Part shown: one piece after another, positions 36,298 to 44,363 of the stretch | How the letters are laid out: the number at the start of each line of letters is the position of its first letter | Numbering within the stretch: the stretch's first letter is position 1 | NCBI GenBank assembly: GCA_963674825.1 | Contig: OY771587.1 | Location: 352,001 to 416,000, forward strand | Length of the DNA: 64,000 nt | Origin: Candidatus Cloacimonadales bacterium | GTDB taxonomy: Bacteria; Cloacimonadota; Cloacimonadia; Cloacimonadales; JAIOQZ01 | Reading direction: 5' to 3' | The notes under the pieces: generated by a model | The model's input: the letters and a program-made list of their open reading frames with translations, nothing else | What the model was told of the DNA's origin: nothing | Database searches by the model: none | Made by a program: the position numbers and the translations under genes

Positions 36298-38823
36298 CTA
36301 CATATCAATCAGATATCGTAAAATCTCGATCGTCTCTTGCTTGCCGGATGAACCGTCTAGAGGAGCCGGCCCAACGCAGGACGGACACCCTTCGTCGCAC
36401 TCGCAATGAATGACCAGATCAAGCGCGTTGCGAAGCAATTCTTTATGCACATCAAACAACTTTCTGCTCAGGCCGATACCTCCACCGGCCGCGTCGTAGA
36501 CAATGATCGCCGGTTTTCCGCCTGTGAGGGACGACCGTATTTCCGAGATCACACCCAAATCGGTGTAATCGCACATCAGGTATAGCGGTGCCAGGTGGCG
36601 TAGCACGTAGGTCAAACCGCCCATCCCGCTACGCATGTAAACGTTGAACTCCGCGATGCGATGACAGGAGGGACACAAGGTGATGAGATTCTCTGGCATG
36701 TTGGCGATGTCGGGATTCACACAGGCCCGAAACGGTATGATGTGATGCACGTCGTGCGCCTTGCCCGATTCCGCTTTCCCGCAGTGACGGCACTTAAATT
36801 CGTCGCGTTGCCTAATCGTTTTCTTGAGTGCTTCCCAATTCGAACCGTACTTGTTCGGATCGCTGCCCCAGACGCCAATCTCACGGAAGTGATCCACTGT
36901 GTCGTCGGGCAATCCGATCCAGAATCCACAGGTGTGAAGGTCGGTAGGCGGTAAATCGACCTCGCCGTAGCCCAGGATCTCGTTGGTCTGGAACTTGAGC
37001 CTGCGGAAACCGGTCACTTTAGTGGTGACTTGCAAATTGCCGTAATAGATCAGGTATTTACCGGCATCATCCTGCAGATCGACACCCTCCGGCTGCACCT
37101 CGGTATCGCTCATGGCGTCGGTATAGTAATCAGTGTCGCGTTCTTCAAGCTGCACAACGGCATTATCCAGGTCGAAGTCCGTAACAAGATAGCTCTGCCC
37201 TTCATGGAAATAGACCGCCTGCGGATGCGTCAGCCAGAAAGCGCTGTTGTAATCAATCTTGCCAATAACCCGCGATGCTGCGCCCTCCACGGCCAGTTGC
37301 AATGCAAAGACCTGCGGCGAAGTGCTGCGCAAAGATACCGTCTCGGACGGATATCGTTCATCCATCCAGAACCACTTATCGCCTGACTGATGCAGAACGC
37401 CCTGTTCCTGGAGGATTTGCAGAATTTCGCTTACTTCATCGTGTTTAACGGTTCCGAAATCCTCACCGCTATGGAACGGCAATTCGAACGCCGCGCACTG
37501 GATGTGCTGGAACAAGATGAACAGGTGGTTGGGATTCACCAGGCAGTTTTCCGGCGAACGCCCGAAGAAGTATTCGGGATGGGCTGATAAAAACTGATCG
37601 ATTGGCCTTGCGGCAAGCACCAGAACGGCTGCGGACGTCTTGTCTCGCCTGCCTGCGCGTCCGGCCTGCTGCCAGGTGGATGCGATCGAGCCCGGATAAC
37701 CGTTGATCAGCGCAACGTCCAGATGCCCGATATCGATTCCAGCTTCCAGCGCGCTGGTTGCGATCACGCTGCGGATGTGACCTTTTTGTAATGCGACCTC
37801 AATTTCCCTGCGCTGCCGGGGTAGATAGCCGCTACGATACCCGCGTATCTGTTCCGGCCTGAGCACGCCCGAATCGCGCAGATAGCGCAGGATCAGCTCC
37901 ACCGATTTACGCGAGATTGTAAAAATGATGCTTTGCATGCCGGCTTCGATGACGTCTTTCGCCAGCCTTATCACCTCTTGCATACTGCTTCGTCGTATTC
38001 CAAGCTGCTTGTTGACAATCGGAGGATTATAGAGCACAAAGTATTTGGGACCGCGTCCCGCGCCGTCTTCGAGCACAGGCCAAACCTTCTCTTCGATAAG
38101 GTTGAAGGCGTGTTCTTCGGGATTGGAGATCGTCGCGGAGGTGAGGATAAACACGGGCTTGGAGCCGTAGAATCGCGCGATCCGTTTGAGCCTGCGTATC
38201 ACGTTGACCACGTGGCTACCAAAGATGCCACGATAACTGTGCACCTCATCGATAATGACAAACCGGAGATTGGAGAAGAGATTTTTCCAGCGCGTGTGGT
38301 GCGGCAAAATACCGGCGTGCAGCATATCGGGATTGGTCAGGATGCAGTTGGCATTATCACGGATTGCCTTGCGGTGATCCTTGGGCGTATCGCCATCGTA
38401 AATTCCAATGCTGGTATCGGTTCCGAATGGAATCAATTGTTCGAACTGCTTCTTCTGATCCTGCGCAAGCGCTTTGGTCGGGAACATATAGAGCGCGCGT
38501 GCGTCACGATCGCGAAGCATTGTGTTCACCACTGGCAAGTTGTAGCAAAGCGTCTTTCCGCTGGCGACACCGGTGACGACCACGGTGTTGTGTCCCTGCT
38601 GGACGTTGTCGAATGCCTCGCGTTGATGCGAGTACAACCGTCGTATCCCTTGATACTCCAGCACCGCTTTCAATCGCGGATCGAGCGCATCCGGGAATTC
38701 CCGCCACTGCGCATCCCGCGCTGACGCAAAATGGAAGTGAGCGTTCTGTTTGTTCAGCCTGCGAACGAACACCTCGATGGCGTTCGCATCCTTTTGACCA
38801 CGACTCTTTTTTATCCGGCTCAT
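36298..38823 (-). CDS. YprA/MrfA(SftH)-type SF2 DEAH helicase with DUF1998 zinc domain and an inserted HNH endonuclease domain
   Basis: LYSHQ, TGVASGKT, FPTKALAQDQ, IDEVH, SAT and QQAGRAGR motifs; C-terminal CECDEGCPSC; insert RDEFKCRHC...DVHHIIP...NLITLCPSCH. Confidence 0.9.
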   Translation of the reverse strand: MSRIKKSRGQKDANAIEVFVRRLNKQNAHFHFASARDAQWREFPDALDPRLKAVLEYQGIRRLYSHQREAFDNVQQGHNTVVVTGVASGKTLCYNLPVVNTMLRDRDARALYMFPTKALAQDQKKQFEQLIPFGTDTSIGIYDGDTPKDHRKAIRDNANCILTNPDMLHAGILPHHTRWKNLFSNLRFVIIDEVHSYRGIFGSHVVNVIRRLKRIARFYGSKPVFILTSATISNPEEHAFNLIEEKVWPVLEDGAGRGPKYFVLYNPPIVNKQLGIRRSSMQEVIRLAKDVIEAGMQSIIFTISRKSVELILRYLRDSGVLRPEQIRGYRSGYLPRQRREIEVALQKGHIRSVIATSALEAGIDIGHLDVALINGYPGSIASTWQQAGRAGRRDKTSAAVLVLAARPIDQFLSAHPEYFFGRSPENCLVNPNHLFILFQHIQCAAFELPFHSGEDFGTVKHDEVSEILQILQEQGVLHQSGDKWFWMDERYPSETVSLRSTSPQVFALQLAVEGAASRVIGKIDYNSAFWLTHPQAVYFHEGQSYLVTDFDLDNAVVQLEERDTDYYTDAMSDTEVQPEGVDLQDDAGKYLIYYGNLQVTTKVTGFRRLKFQTNEILGYGEVDLPPTDLHTCGFWIGLPDDTVDHFREIGVWGSDPNKYGSNWEALKKTIRQRDEFKCRHCGKAESGKAHDVHHIIPFRACVNPDIANMPENLITLCPSCHRIAEFNVYMRSGMGGLTYVLRHLAPLYLMCDYTDLGVISEIRSSLTGGKPAIIVYDAAGGGIGLSRKLFDVHKELLRNALDLVIHCECDEGCPSCVGPAPLDGSSGKQETIEILRYLIDM

Positions 38824-38866
38824 TTTAATTGACCTTTTTCGCCGCACGGCGTTTTTCGATTCCATT

Positions 38867-39601
38867 ATGAAACCGCTGATACTACACGTTTTTGACGACG
38901 AGGTTGTCAAAGCAAAAATCGCGCGAATCCGCGAAAGGCTCCTTGCGGGCGGCACCGGGATTCGTGAAGAAAATTTCAAGGCGATCACCGAGGCCGATCT
39001 TCGTTTGCTTTTCGAGCTCTATTTCGAGGAATATTTCGACGCCGACACAAGGCCGTTGTGGAAGGGGAGTTTCTCGCTCTCGCGACGAATGACCAAAACG
39101 GCAGGAAAGGTTATCTTCAACCGCCGTGATCGCTCCGCTGAGATCCGCATTGCCTCGACGCTGCTTCTCCGGCTCGGCTTCACCGATCCGTCTCAATTCT
39201 ACGTCGTGAATGGTATCCGCTGTTACACTCGCCTCGACTGCCTCCTGCGCGTGTTTGAACACGAGCTGGCGCATGTCTTCGAATACCTCGCTTACGGTAG
39301 TTCCAATTGCTCGCAGCAACGCTTCAAGGAGATGGTATATAAACTCTTCCGGCATACTCGGACAAAGCACGAGATGAGCAGTTCTCGCGATGCAAAGCGT
39401 ACCGTCGAATCGTTTAGTCCGGGAGATAGGGTTCGATTTATCTATCAGGGAATCACTCGCGAGGGTATCATAAAGGGGATTCGTAAACGAGCGATTGTCC
39501 TGTGCGACCCGGTGCGTGATAGATGGGGTCGAAAGGTTGCACCAAAATTTTATGTCCCGCTGACGAAATTGATAAAAATCGATAGAACTGGACAAGCATG
39601 A
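38867..39601 (+). CDS. SprT-like zinc metalloprotease with C-terminal SH3/KOW-like basic domain
   Basis: SRRMTKTAGK, IRIAS and HELAH zincin motifs; C-terminal FSPGDRVRF...G.I..IRKRA.V. Confidence 0.75.
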   Translation: MKPLILHVFDDEVVKAKIARIRERLLAGGTGIREENFKAITEADLRLLFELYFEEYFDADTRPLWKGSFSLSRRMTKTAGKVIFNRRDRSAEIRIASTLLLRLGFTDPSQFYVVNGIRCYTRLDCLLRVFEHELAHVFEYLAYGSSNCSQQRFKEMVYKLFRHTRTKHEMSSSRDAKRTVESFSPGDRVRFIYQGITREGIIKGIRKRAIVLCDPVRDRWGRKVAPKFYVPLTKLIKIDRTGQA

Positions 39602-39648
39602 GCACTGCGTAAAAATGGTGTGTAAAATGGATGAAGTAGGGAGTTATC

Positions 39649-40803
39649 ATGATAATACCCGATTATGAAGGCAATTCCATCGTCAACCTGGTCTCAACCA
39701 TCATCGCGGCCGAAGGACATGATCCCGAACACGCCGTTCTGCGCGATATCGATGCAACCCACTGGGGTGATTATAAAAACATCGTCCTGATCGTTCTTGA
39801 TGGCTTGGGCGACCACTTCCTGAAAAATAAATTCCCTGACTCGTTCCTGAACAGGCATCGCGTCAGAAGAATGACGTCTGTCTTCCCCACCACCACCGCC
39901 GCAGCGATCACAAGTTTCCTGAGTGCGCAAACACCCATCGAACATGCCATTACCGGATGGTATATGTATCTGCGCGAACTCGGAGCAGCGTCCGTGATCC
40001 TGCCGTTTAAGCCACGCTATGGCAAAACAAGCTACGACAAAGAAGGTGTCGATGTATCGAAGATACTCGATTTCGATCGCGCCTTCTCGCACATCTACCG
40101 CAAGAAGTGCTATGTCACACCTTCGCACCTCATCGGCTCGGCTTATACCAATTACAGTGGCATCGATAGCGAAAAATTCGGATACAACAGCTTCAACGGT
40201 TTCTTCCAGCAGCTCAGTAGAGCTGTTCGTCACAGCGAAGAAAAGAAATACGTCTATGCATACTGGTCGAAAGTAGACGCCCTCATGCACAAGCACGGCA
40301 CATTCAGTAAAGAGGTCGCAGACCATTTCCAGGAGCTCGACCAGCGCATCGAACGTTTTGTGAACAACGTAAAAAACGACGACACACTCGTGCTCATCAC
40401 CGCGGATCATGGCCTCATTGATACAACACCAATACGCGCACTGTCTGTCGACGACTACCCGCGACTCAAAGATTTCCTCATCCTGCCGCTATGCGGTGAA
40501 CCACGCGTCTGTTACGCCTACGTCCGCAGCGGAAAAACCTTCGACTTCCTCCACTATATGGAAGACAATCTTGCAAACGTGTGCAAGATCATCACACGCG
40601 ATGAAGCCATCCAAAGCGGCGTATATGGTGAAGGAATCCCAGGCATGAAATTCCGCGATCGCATCGGCGATTTCATCCTCCTCATGAACGAAAACTACGT
40701 CCTGAAGGATCACGTCCTCGGCGAAGTCCCTCCCAATTTCATCGGATACCATGGCGGACTCTCCGAAGAAGAGCTCTTCGTTCCGCTCATCATGATCAAA
40801 TAG
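39649..40803 (+). CDS. Alkaline-phosphatase-superfamily phosphodiesterase / nucleotide pyrophosphatase
   Basis: VLDGLG, SVFPTTT (Thr nucleophile), D..MHKHG, ITADHG and GYHGGLS motifs. Confidence 0.9.
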   Translation: MIIPDYEGNSIVNLVSTIIAAEGHDPEHAVLRDIDATHWGDYKNIVLIVLDGLGDHFLKNKFPDSFLNRHRVRRMTSVFPTTTAAAITSFLSAQTPIEHAITGWYMYLRELGAASVILPFKPRYGKTSYDKEGVDVSKILDFDRAFSHIYRKKCYVTPSHLIGSAYTNYSGIDSEKFGYNSFNGFFQQLSRAVRHSEEKKYVYAYWSKVDALMHKHGTFSKEVADHFQELDQRIERFVNNVKNDDTLVLITADHGLIDTTPIRALSVDDYPRLKDFLILPLCGEPRVCYAYVRSGKTFDFLHYMEDNLANVCKIITRDEAIQSGVYGEGIPGMKFRDRIGDFILLMNENYVLKDHVLGEVPPNFIGYHGGLSEEELFVPLIMIK

Positions 40804-40816
40804 TTTTTCGGAAACC

Positions 40817-40941
40817 TCCACGCAGCAGATTCGTTTGATCCCGCTGTTGCGTGGTGTCCCGCACCTTTATTCCCGTGTCCGATAGCCCGAAGGTGCGGTA
40901 TATCCACGTGAAAGCGGGATCGGGCGAAGATGCGCGTGGAT
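40817..40941 (+). other. Nested palindromic / structured intergenic element
   Basis: Three hairpins (40818-40854, 40859-40898, 40902-40941); the first and third are imperfect inverted copies of each other. Confidence 0.6.
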
Positions 40942-40952
40942 GCCATTATCAC

Positions 40953-40981
40953 TTGACTGATTTTTGTCCACATCTTATAAT
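40953..40981 (+). promoter_or_regulatory. Sigma70 promoter of the C25 peptidase gene
   Basis: TTGACT-17bp-TATAAT. Confidence 0.75.
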
Positions 40982-41015
40982 TCGTTTGCAACCACTGCAC
41001 TTGCGAGGAAGGATT

Positions 41016-44000
41016 ATGAAATACGGACTGATTTTCATGTTCATAGCGCTCAGCTTTTACGCGCTATCCGGTGAAACAATTACCATCGACCTGCCTGGCA
41101 TCCAACTCGATCGGCAATCCAACATCACACTTTTTACCTCAAGCGAATCCATGCCCATGCCTTCTGAGCCAGGTGCCCCGGCGATACCCGTCGTCACCAG
41201 ATTCTTCGATATCCCATCCGGTATGGACATCGAAAGTATCCACGTTATCGCTGGCGACACAGAGATTGTGTCACTCGCTCAACCGCCTGCACCAGTCCAG
41301 CAACCATCTCCGCTGAGCTATCAAGTGCGTTCACAGTCCATCGACACCCTCGATCCCGACCGTATCCCCACCAAATACCTGCGAAACTATGGCAGCGGAT
41401 ATCGTGGAAACCGGAAAATTGGATGGATCGCCCTTCAGCGCTGTCTCTATCATCCCAATGATCAGACCATCGAAATTCCCGCTCGATTTGAGCTTGAAAT
41501 AACCTACACAACCGATCCCATACAGCCAGCCATACATCAAAGCTCGAATCGTGGTACTGCCGGATACCTTCTTATCGCAAGTGACGAATATCTTGCCACC
41601 CTGGAAAGCCTTGTCGAATGGCGCTATCGCGGTGGATACGATTGTTACACGCAGTCCGTCGAATGGATTGATGCCAATGTAACCGGAAACGATCTCCAGC
41701 AAAAGATCCGCAACTACATCACCCAGATGGTGAACGAACATCAGATCAACTATGTCACGCTTGCAGGCGATTCGGATACCATTCCTGTCCGGCACTTTTT
41801 TGCTTTTGATTGTGCGTACGGAATATACGACGACGAAAACCAGATCCCTTCTGACATGTATTACAGTTGCCTCGATGGAGATTGGGACGCCAATGCGAAC
41901 GGCATCTACGGTGAAGACGATGACGAACCCGACTACTTCCCTGACGTCTATCTCTCACGCATATCGGCCCGATCCAACGAGCATTTTGAGTCCTACATCG
42001 CGCGCCTGATCGAATACGAATCCGGTGTTCTTGATTCCTACGAGACTGCCGGAGGCGTCTCCATGGAGCTCTGGCAGGGTAGCCATAGTGAGGTGGCGCA
42101 ACAATACATCTACGAACGCTATTTCCCTGAAGAATACGACATCACACTCCTCTACGGCAGTGAAAACACCACCGAGAACGCGCTCAGCCTTATCGACCAG
42201 AATCCAAACATCTTCCAGCACACCGGCCACGCGGCATACACCGTCCTCTCGCTGGAAGAAGGCAGCCTCCGTATCACCGACCTTTTGACCATGACCAACG
42301 ACAACGCCGGTATGTTTTACTCCATCGGATGCTGGTCTGCCGCGCTCGACTACCAGTCCATCGGCGAAAAGATCGTCACACCCGATGCCGGTGGGTTCGT
42401 CGCATACATCGGTAATTCACGTTATGGATGGGGTGCTCCAGCAGCTCCGGGATTCGGGTTCTCAGAGTATTTCCAGAAAGAGTTCTTCCACGTTCTTTTC
42501 CAGGGTAATCCCATGCTTTCGCAGGTGAACGAAGAACAGAAGCTACCATTCATACCCATGTATCAGGGAACATCCGTCTATAAATGGTGCGCCTATCAGC
42601 TCAACATGATCGGCGATTCAGCACTCCAGCTTTTCACCAGTCAGCCGGAGGAAATCGCCTATACCGTCCAGTCCAGCGAAAGCGAAATCATCTTCAACGT
42701 ATATTCCCAAGCCAGCGGCCTCCCCATCGAGGGCTCTTGGGTAAGCCTCGGCGGAACGATTCGCGCGCAGACCGACAGCTCCGGCAGAGCAATCATCCCC
42801 ATCGATCGACCAGTTCTGGGTATGCTTACCATCATCGCGCCGGGATTCATTGCAGTACATGTTGAGGACTTCTATAGCGACAGCTATCTGCAACCCTACG
42901 TCAGCGAAGTACATTGGGATGATGACAGCAATCTCGTTGCGCCGGGCTCATCGTTCTCCGTTGACATCGTCTTGACCAATCCGACCGCGCAGATTTTCAC
43001 GCTCGAATACCAGCTTGCAGACGCAAATGAACTCATCACCTTCGATGACAACGCCGGAACAATCCTCCTGACACCCAACAACCCGGTTCAGACCATCACA
43101 GTCACTGGCATCCTGGATGATTACAGCAGCTCATTCGATGGCATCGATGCAATACCAATCGACCTTACCTGCCAGCAAGGCGAGGCAACTATCCTGACCC
43201 ACTCTATCAACCTCGAAGTAGCCAGACCGGGCTTTGCTCTCGCAATCGATCCGGTCGTAACCTCCAATTTCCACCTGCTATTACACACAAACGTGACAAA
43301 CTCCGGCAACCTCTCCACCATGCAGTTTTTCGTCGATGGCACCTTCATCTCGGATGACGCCACACTCGACAATGTCCCACTGGAGATCAGCCTGCCTTAT
43401 ATGATCGATGACATCATCGAATTCGATCTTCCCGTCACAGTCTCAGATTCGCAGCCGACCATGTCGGTGCTGGAACTGGAACTTACTTTCCGCACCTATT
43501 ATGAAGAGCAGGTGTTCGAGGAAACGCAGCTTGTATCGATACCATATGGTAGTTTGAGTATCGAAGAGGATTTCGAAGGCGACAATATGTGGATGTATGA
43601 AGAACCCTGGCAAACAGTCGATACCTATGCCTTCAGTGGTACAAACAGCTTTTCCTGTCGTCCATCCGTATCGGGTTTCTACACCGCATTGACGGATTGG
43701 TCCGCATTGATGGAAGATGCGGAGCTCAGCTTCCAGTACAAGTACAAGATGCCCATGTACGGCGACGACGGCGTCTTCATCATATACGAAACAGACACAT
43801 TCGCCGATACACTTCTTTTCCTCGGTGCCGGCGGCGCATTGGACGATCGCGACCGTCCAGTACCGCAGGTATATATCGAAGGCGATTGGGCCGAATATCG
43901 TATCGACCTCTCCGATCATCTCATCGACGCTGAGGATCACTTCGGTGAATATTTCCACATCCGGTTTGACTTCCTCTGCTCGGAGATCATCGAGGGCTTC

Positions 44001-44363
44001 ACTGAGTATGGCAGCATGGATGAAATCGGCATATTCATCGATGACTTCAGCTATCAGCCACCTGAGATCGATTTCGATATCGATGAAGATGAAGGAAAAC
44101 CAATCACTTTATCCATCTACCCCAATCCTGTATGCGGCAACTTCTTGAACATCGCCTTCTCGATTCCATCGGATAAAAATGCCAGCGTCGAAATCTTCAA
44201 CATACGCGGTCAGAAAGTCCGCAGCTTCGATCCGACCGATAAGCGCTCTGTGATCTGGGACTTGCAAGATGCAACCGGAAAGAAGGCGGCATCGGGCATC
44301 TATTTCGCGCGGATTAAATCTGCCGGCAAACAGATAATCCGAAAATTCCTGGTGATACGGTGA
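41016..44363 (+). CDS. C25 family (gingipain-like) cysteine peptidase with propeptide and FlgD-Ig-like C-terminal domain
   Basis: Signal peptide from ATG 41016; PGAPAIP propeptide; YVTLAGD, SDMYYSCLDG, HTGH, SIGCW and YIGNSRYGW motifs; C-terminal IYPNP...IFNIRGQKV. Confidence 0.88.
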   Translation: MKYGLIFMFIALSFYALSGETITIDLPGIQLDRQSNITLFTSSESMPMPSEPGAPAIPVVTRFFDIPSGMDIESIHVIAGDTEIVSLAQPPAPVQQPSPLSYQVRSQSIDTLDPDRIPTKYLRNYGSGYRGNRKIGWIALQRCLYHPNDQTIEIPARFELEITYTTDPIQPAIHQSSNRGTAGYLLIASDEYLATLESLVEWRYRGGYDCYTQSVEWIDANVTGNDLQQKIRNYITQMVNEHQINYVTLAGDSDTIPVRHFFAFDCAYGIYDDENQIPSDMYYSCLDGDWDANANGIYGEDDDEPDYFPDVYLSRISARSNEHFESYIARLIEYESGVLDSYETAGGVSMELWQGSHSEVAQQYIYERYFPEEYDITLLYGSENTTENALSLIDQNPNIFQHTGHAAYTVLSLEEGSLRITDLLTMTNDNAGMFYSIGCWSAALDYQSIGEKIVTPDAGGFVAYIGNSRYGWGAPAAPGFGFSEYFQKEFFHVLFQGNPMLSQVNEEQKLPFIPMYQGTSVYKWCAYQLNMIGDSALQLFTSQPEEIAYTVQSSESEIIFNVYSQASGLPIEGSWVSLGGTIRAQTDSSGRAIIPIDRPVLGMLTIIAPGFIAVHVEDFYSDSYLQPYVSEVHWDDDSNLVAPGSSFSVDIVLTNPTAQIFTLEYQLADANELITFDDNAGTILLTPNNPVQTITVTGILDDYSSSFDGIDAIPIDLTCQQGEATILTHSINLEVARPGFALAIDPVVTSNFHLLLHTNVTNSGNLSTMQFFVDGTFISDDATLDNVPLEISLPYMIDDIIEFDLPVTVSDSQPTMSVLELELTFRTYYEEQVFEETQLVSIPYGSLSIEEDFEGDNMWMYEEPWQTVDTYAFSGTNSFSCRPSVSGFYTALTDWSALMEDAELSFQYKYKMPMYGDDGVFIIYETDTFADTLLFLGAGGALDDRDRPVPQVYIEGDWAEYRIDLSDHLIDAEDHFGEYFHIRFDFLCSEIIEGFTEYGSMDEIGIFIDDFSYQPPEIDFDIDEDEGKPITLSIYPNPVCGNFLNIAFSIPSDKNASVEIFNIRGQKVRSFDPTDKRSVIWDLQDATGKKAASGIYFARIKSAGKQIIRKFLVIR

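Noticed and set aside
36650..36870. HNH insert as an intein or intron-encoded homing endonuclease
   Set aside because: The insert is only about 70 aa, in frame, and lacks recognisable splicing motifs.
36298..38823. Helicase as DISARM DrmA/DrmB or BREX component
   Set aside because: It is a single fused YprA-type protein with no methyltransferase, DrmC/D or Brx genes nearby; a defence role is left only as an alternative hypothesis.
38882..39595. 237-aa antisense ORF and other long shadow ORFs (e.g. 739-1368, 3081-3761, 21912-22715, 37933-38724)
   Set aside because: They lie antisense to well-supported genes, have no motifs, and are expected from codon bias.
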